Of a stretch of DNA of 64,000 nucleotides, positions 59,106 through 64,000 are shown one piece after another. A model generated the notes under the pieces. That model did not search any database and was not told the DNA's origin. It saw only the letters and a list, made by a program, of their open reading frames with translations. The stretch's first letter is position 1. Each line of letters opens with the position of its first letter. The stretch is from NCBI RefSeq assembly GCF_009914755.1, contig NC_060934.1. One strand, written 5' to 3'. Position numbers and translations under genes: made by a program. The stretch comes from the human T2T-CHM13v2.0 reference genome, Homo sapiens.

Positions 59106-59306
59106 TAGTTAGGATTTTCAAAGCAAATGTGTACAAAACGTTTTTTCTGCATTAATGATAATGTGCAATGCATAATTAGCATTCATTTTTTTCCAAGAAG
59201 ACTTTGATTGAAAACAACTGATTTGGTTCAAAACGAGGGTTACCAAAGCTGGATTAACTGATAAAAATGTTAAAATCAAAGGAAAAAAAAACTTGCAGAA
59301 GATTAC

Positions 59307-59530
59307 AGGCACACCTGTAGTCCCAGCACTTTGGGGGACCGAGTCAGGTGGACTGCTTGAGCCCAGGAGTTCAAGACCTCATCTCTACTAAAAATAAATT
59401 AGCCAGGCACGATGGTGTGTGCATGCAGTCCCAGCTACTCCGGAGGCTGAGGTGGGAGGAGGTCGAGGTTGCAGCCTGGGTGACAGAGTAAGATCCTGTT
59501 TGAAGAAAAAAAGAAAAAAAAAACAAAAAA
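59307..59530 (+). mobile_element. Degenerate Alu with several deletions
   Basis: Alu motifs with an A-rich tail. Confidence 0.8.
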
Positions 59531-61151
59531 CTCCCTCCCCTTCAGAAATGAAAAGTGGAAGAAGTGCTGAAAAATACATGAAAGGTTATAGATTTTTCCC
59601 TCTAGTACATCAAAATCACTAATGTGTAAACACCCAGTGTCTGGAAATATTATTTCTGACCAATTTTTACTTGAAACCAATCTTCTGAAGCTACATTAAT
59701 TTCCATATTTGGTATTCCTTGTATAATAATTATCAGATTGTCAAAGGTATGGATCTTTTGTTTTCCTTCATTAAATCTTATAGTATCTGATATATTTTGA
59801 ATTCAGTATTTGATTAAAATAACTTTAATCAACCCTAATAACATCCCAGGGGGGTAAAAACCACTGCCAAACTCAAAAAGCCAAAATGGAAAAAAAAGAA
59901 AAGCAACTGCTGCACACCTAACATGTTAACTAGTAGTGTAGCACACATACAACGACACCATCAGTGCAGAGGAAGAAGAAGAAATTGTGTTGAAGTCAGG
60001 ATTCTTCTAGAGAGTTGGCTTGGTAGAAAGAAACTATGTGTGGGAAAGGTGTACTTAAAACTGGGCACCCAGAAATGTTTCTGGTCTCCCTCTAGAATAT
60101 GTACTCATCCTCCTCTTAAATCTGTGCTGGTGCTGGTGGCTCAAAAAACAGAAGTCTACCATCTCAAATGCCTTATGTAAAATTTTTACTAGACTCTTGA
60201 CTATGATTTATGTTTTTAGACTAATGATAACAAACATTAATATTTATATGTATACACCGTAATATTTTATCTGGGTAAACAGTTTCAGCTGGTTCCTACA
60301 TAAAACTGGTAAAATAGTCTACAGCTTATTCATAAATTTAAAAATTGTATTTTTCTTGAAAGATATTCCATAAAATACGAAAGATATTCCATAAAATACC
60401 ATACCCCATCTTCAAGATTCAGTGTAATTAAAGACACAAAAAATTCTTCAGTAAAGACCTATGCTAAAGATTAATTCAGTACTTTCTAAATTAACTAGAC
60501 CAACAGTACTCCTAACATTCAGCAAAACTGATGAATGATGTAATAGATTTCAGAAAATACTGAAATTAATTAGAGACTATTTCAGCTATAATTATATTGA
60601 AAACTCTTTGGCTCCTACAATATGAATTTCTGGCAACAGTCTAGGCTTTCACTTCCTTTCTCTCTTTTTTTTTTTCTAACCATTTTGTAGCCCTATCAAT
60701 CACTATGGAGGAAATTGAGCACCTAAAGGAAGTAAGCTTCTTGATTTGCAGGTAATAGAGGTTGACACTCTTCTCATAATCAATCCTTACAACTTCCAGA
60801 ACATGCACAGTCACTAAACTGATCTATCTTTCTTAAACTGATCTTTCTCTACCTTAAGGAAAAATCACTCAGAAAAGACTGTCAGCAATATTCCTGAGCT
60901 TGTGGTATTCTTTTATTTTCTTCTCCAGAAATTAAAACGACTGCTTCAGTACTTTAAGAAGTAATGCCCTTGAGTTAGAAAATCATCATTTTAAAATCTC
61001 TGATGATATAATGGATTTAGGCAATAATCATCAAAAAACTAAGTTAAGACTACAACCTGTCAACCAAATACCATGTGTAGACCTTGTTTGGATATTGACT
61101 TAAGCAAATAACCCTACAAAGACACTTTTACAATCAAGAAAAACTGAATGG

Positions 61152-61285
61152 GGCTGCGCATGGTGGCTCATGCCTATAATCCCAGCACTTTGGGAGGCAG
61201 GTGAATTGCTTGAGCCCAGAAGTTTGAGACTAGCCTGGGCAACATGGTGAGACCCTGTCTCTAATATAATTTAAAAAAAAGAAAA
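61152..61285 (+). mobile_element. FLAM/Alu monomer with TSD aagaaaaactgaatg
   Basis: Alu left arm flanked by a direct repeat. Confidence 0.85.
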
Positions 61286-61710
61286 ACTGAATGTGAACTG
61301 AATATTAGACAATATAAAGAATATATTTTGTTGTGTTTGACAAAGAAAATGTGGTGGTGTTAAAAGGAATGAAAATGACTTATCTGTTTATGTCTGTTTT
61401 CCCTGTATTCTTATTCTATTTGGCCTTTTGACTGTTGTAGCGTATGCATATGTTACCTCTTCAAAATATTGATATACAGCTAAAAAATGAGAGAAGTAAA
61501 ATTTCTGACTTTTTCATTTTTCTTACTGAATAACCATAAAAGAAATCTTTTAAAATATCCTTTTAAAATGGTGACAACTGGTATTTTGGGATCTTTTGCT
61601 TTTAAAAACAATTTTAAGAAGGACTTACCCAGTTTGAGGTTGAATTACAAACCTTTTATTGACTATTTGGCATGAAGTAATGAAGCATATCTTTTAAACT
61701 AAAGCCACTA

Positions 61711-61860
<150 letters not shown>

Positions 61861-61910
61861 TCAGAGGCTGAATTTTAGTTGTATCCCCCAAAATATAAAA
61901 TAATACCTAC

Positions 61911-61984
61911 TAGTCTTTTTAATGTTTTCAGACGATCTAGAGGATCTTCTTTACGATTGGCTTCAATAAAATCAGCATATTTAT
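61911..61984 (-). CDS. ARHGAP21: ARHGAP21 74-nt RhoGAP exon ((D)[24 protein letters not shown])
   Basis: gtcgtcag| acceptor and CTA|gtaggt donor; phase 1 to 0. Confidence 0.94.
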
Positions 61985-62481
61985 CTGACGACAAGAACAA
62001 TAAAACAAATTTATCTTAAATTGCCTAGGTGAATTGTAATCTAGTTTCCCTTTAAGGATCAATTTTAAACCACAACATAGGAAAGAGTTCTAATAGTTTT
62101 GAAATGTAAATTTCTAAAATGTAAGTTCCCTGCAGGAACCATCCTATATTTACACAGCCTGTCCATTCCTCCCCCACCCTCCACCAACATCTAGTAAAGT
62201 GTCTTACATGGCACTTAAATACTTGGCTTGACTGAAAAAACATTTTTCTACTCATTGTACCTTATGATGTCAGAAGCCATTTGACTGGAAACAATAATAT
62301 TAATTTGGCTGCAAACATGTATGAACAAGATAATACATATTTCACTGAACCTAAATAACTTTTATGTTTTTAATATATGAGGGAGAACTAAATAAAGCCT
62401 CCTGCTTCCTTTGACCAAGACATTTTGTCCTTGTTCAATTTAATATTCTATGGTTTTCCAATTGTAACTTGAACCATTTCA

Positions 62482-62589
<108 letters not shown>

Positions 62590-62665
62590 CTAGGTGTACA
62601 AAATAGAAATATAGTATTTTCATATCCAGTTCCACCAAAGGGGGAAAAAAAGGATCAGTTATTCA

Positions 62666-62863
<198 letters not shown>

Positions 62864-63480
62864 TTAATGCAGCACAAATGTTTAGTAGTTGTATATCACA
62901 GCTAAAATGCCCCTTTCATCCAAAAGGAAACATAAATTGCTGTTATGTAATATAAAGAATACAGACATTATAGATCTGGGAATAGATAAAACCTGCAAGA
63001 GATATTTGAGACAGTAAGAAGAGAACAAAGAGACTGAAAGAGAGGGACCCCCAGAGAGATAACATTCTAAAAAGGAAGTAACAACAGGTAAAGAGAATGT
63101 GGAAACCGTTCCGCTGAATAAAGAGTCAAGAAAAGAGGAGGAGAGAGTAATATCAATTCATGATACGAATCCTAGCATGGGTGTTTTAAATATATGCACA
63201 TACATTTACATGTATTATACTTTCTTAATCAGGTCCTTGTTCTCATCCTTGTTTTAAAATGCTAAAAGCAGAAACACACGATTTGAAGACGAATTCTTAC
63301 AGACCATTTCAGACAAATTCCTAATGGTTGAATAATTATTCAATTTCGGAGTCAATACATTAGAAAAAAAGCATTACAGGTCAGAAATACTTAGGGAAAC
63401 TAAGGTCTGCTATGAAAAGGAAAACAGATTGACAGTCTCTGTTGTCTGAAAGGCTATATACTCAGATCCCATTATAATCA

Positions 63481-63735
<255 letters not shown>

Positions 63736-64000
63736 TTAAAAACACTTTATCAATGTTTACATAAATCCAAGTCCTGTAATATAAATAATACATCCTATAT
63801 TTAACAAAAATATGTTCTCTTCCATATAACTTTTACTTCATTCTTTTATAATGCGTGCTATAATTTTAAAACAGCAAAAAAAAAAAACTACATAGAATCA
63901 GTGTGTCATCTTTATAGTGAGACTTCAACAAAGGGAAAAGTAATAGTTTTATTTCAAAATGATAGGACCTGAATCCTCGGAGTCATTTAAATTTGTAATG

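Overview
Eukaryotic (human) genomic DNA, recognisable as the 10p12 locus where two genes converge tail-to-tail. On the + strand are the last five coding exons and 3'UTR of KIAA1217 (SKT/sickle tail; exons at 3334-14.4 kb). On the - strand are the last nine coding exons and 3'UTR of ARHGAP21 (complete RhoGAP domain plus long disordered tail; 50.4 kb to the window end). All exon boundaries were read by hand from GT/AG sites and join in frame. The ~36 kb between the genes is intergenic and repeat-rich: Alus, old L1 fragments, MaLR/ERVL solo LTRs, MER DNA transposons and MIRs. Most short ORFs in the track are Alu, low-complexity or antisense shadows. I found no convincing wholly new biological system. 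The best leads are: a candidate in-frame 66-nt ARHGAP21 cassette exon; a 21-bp duplication creating a second in-frame splice donor at the end of the RhoGAP domain; an intronic polyadenylation switch in KIAA1217 that would change its SxIP content; a consensus CTCF site between the genes; an AT-rich palindrome; an unexplained long hairpin; and a (GGAA)13 microsatellite. Repeat family names and boundaries are by eye and approximate.
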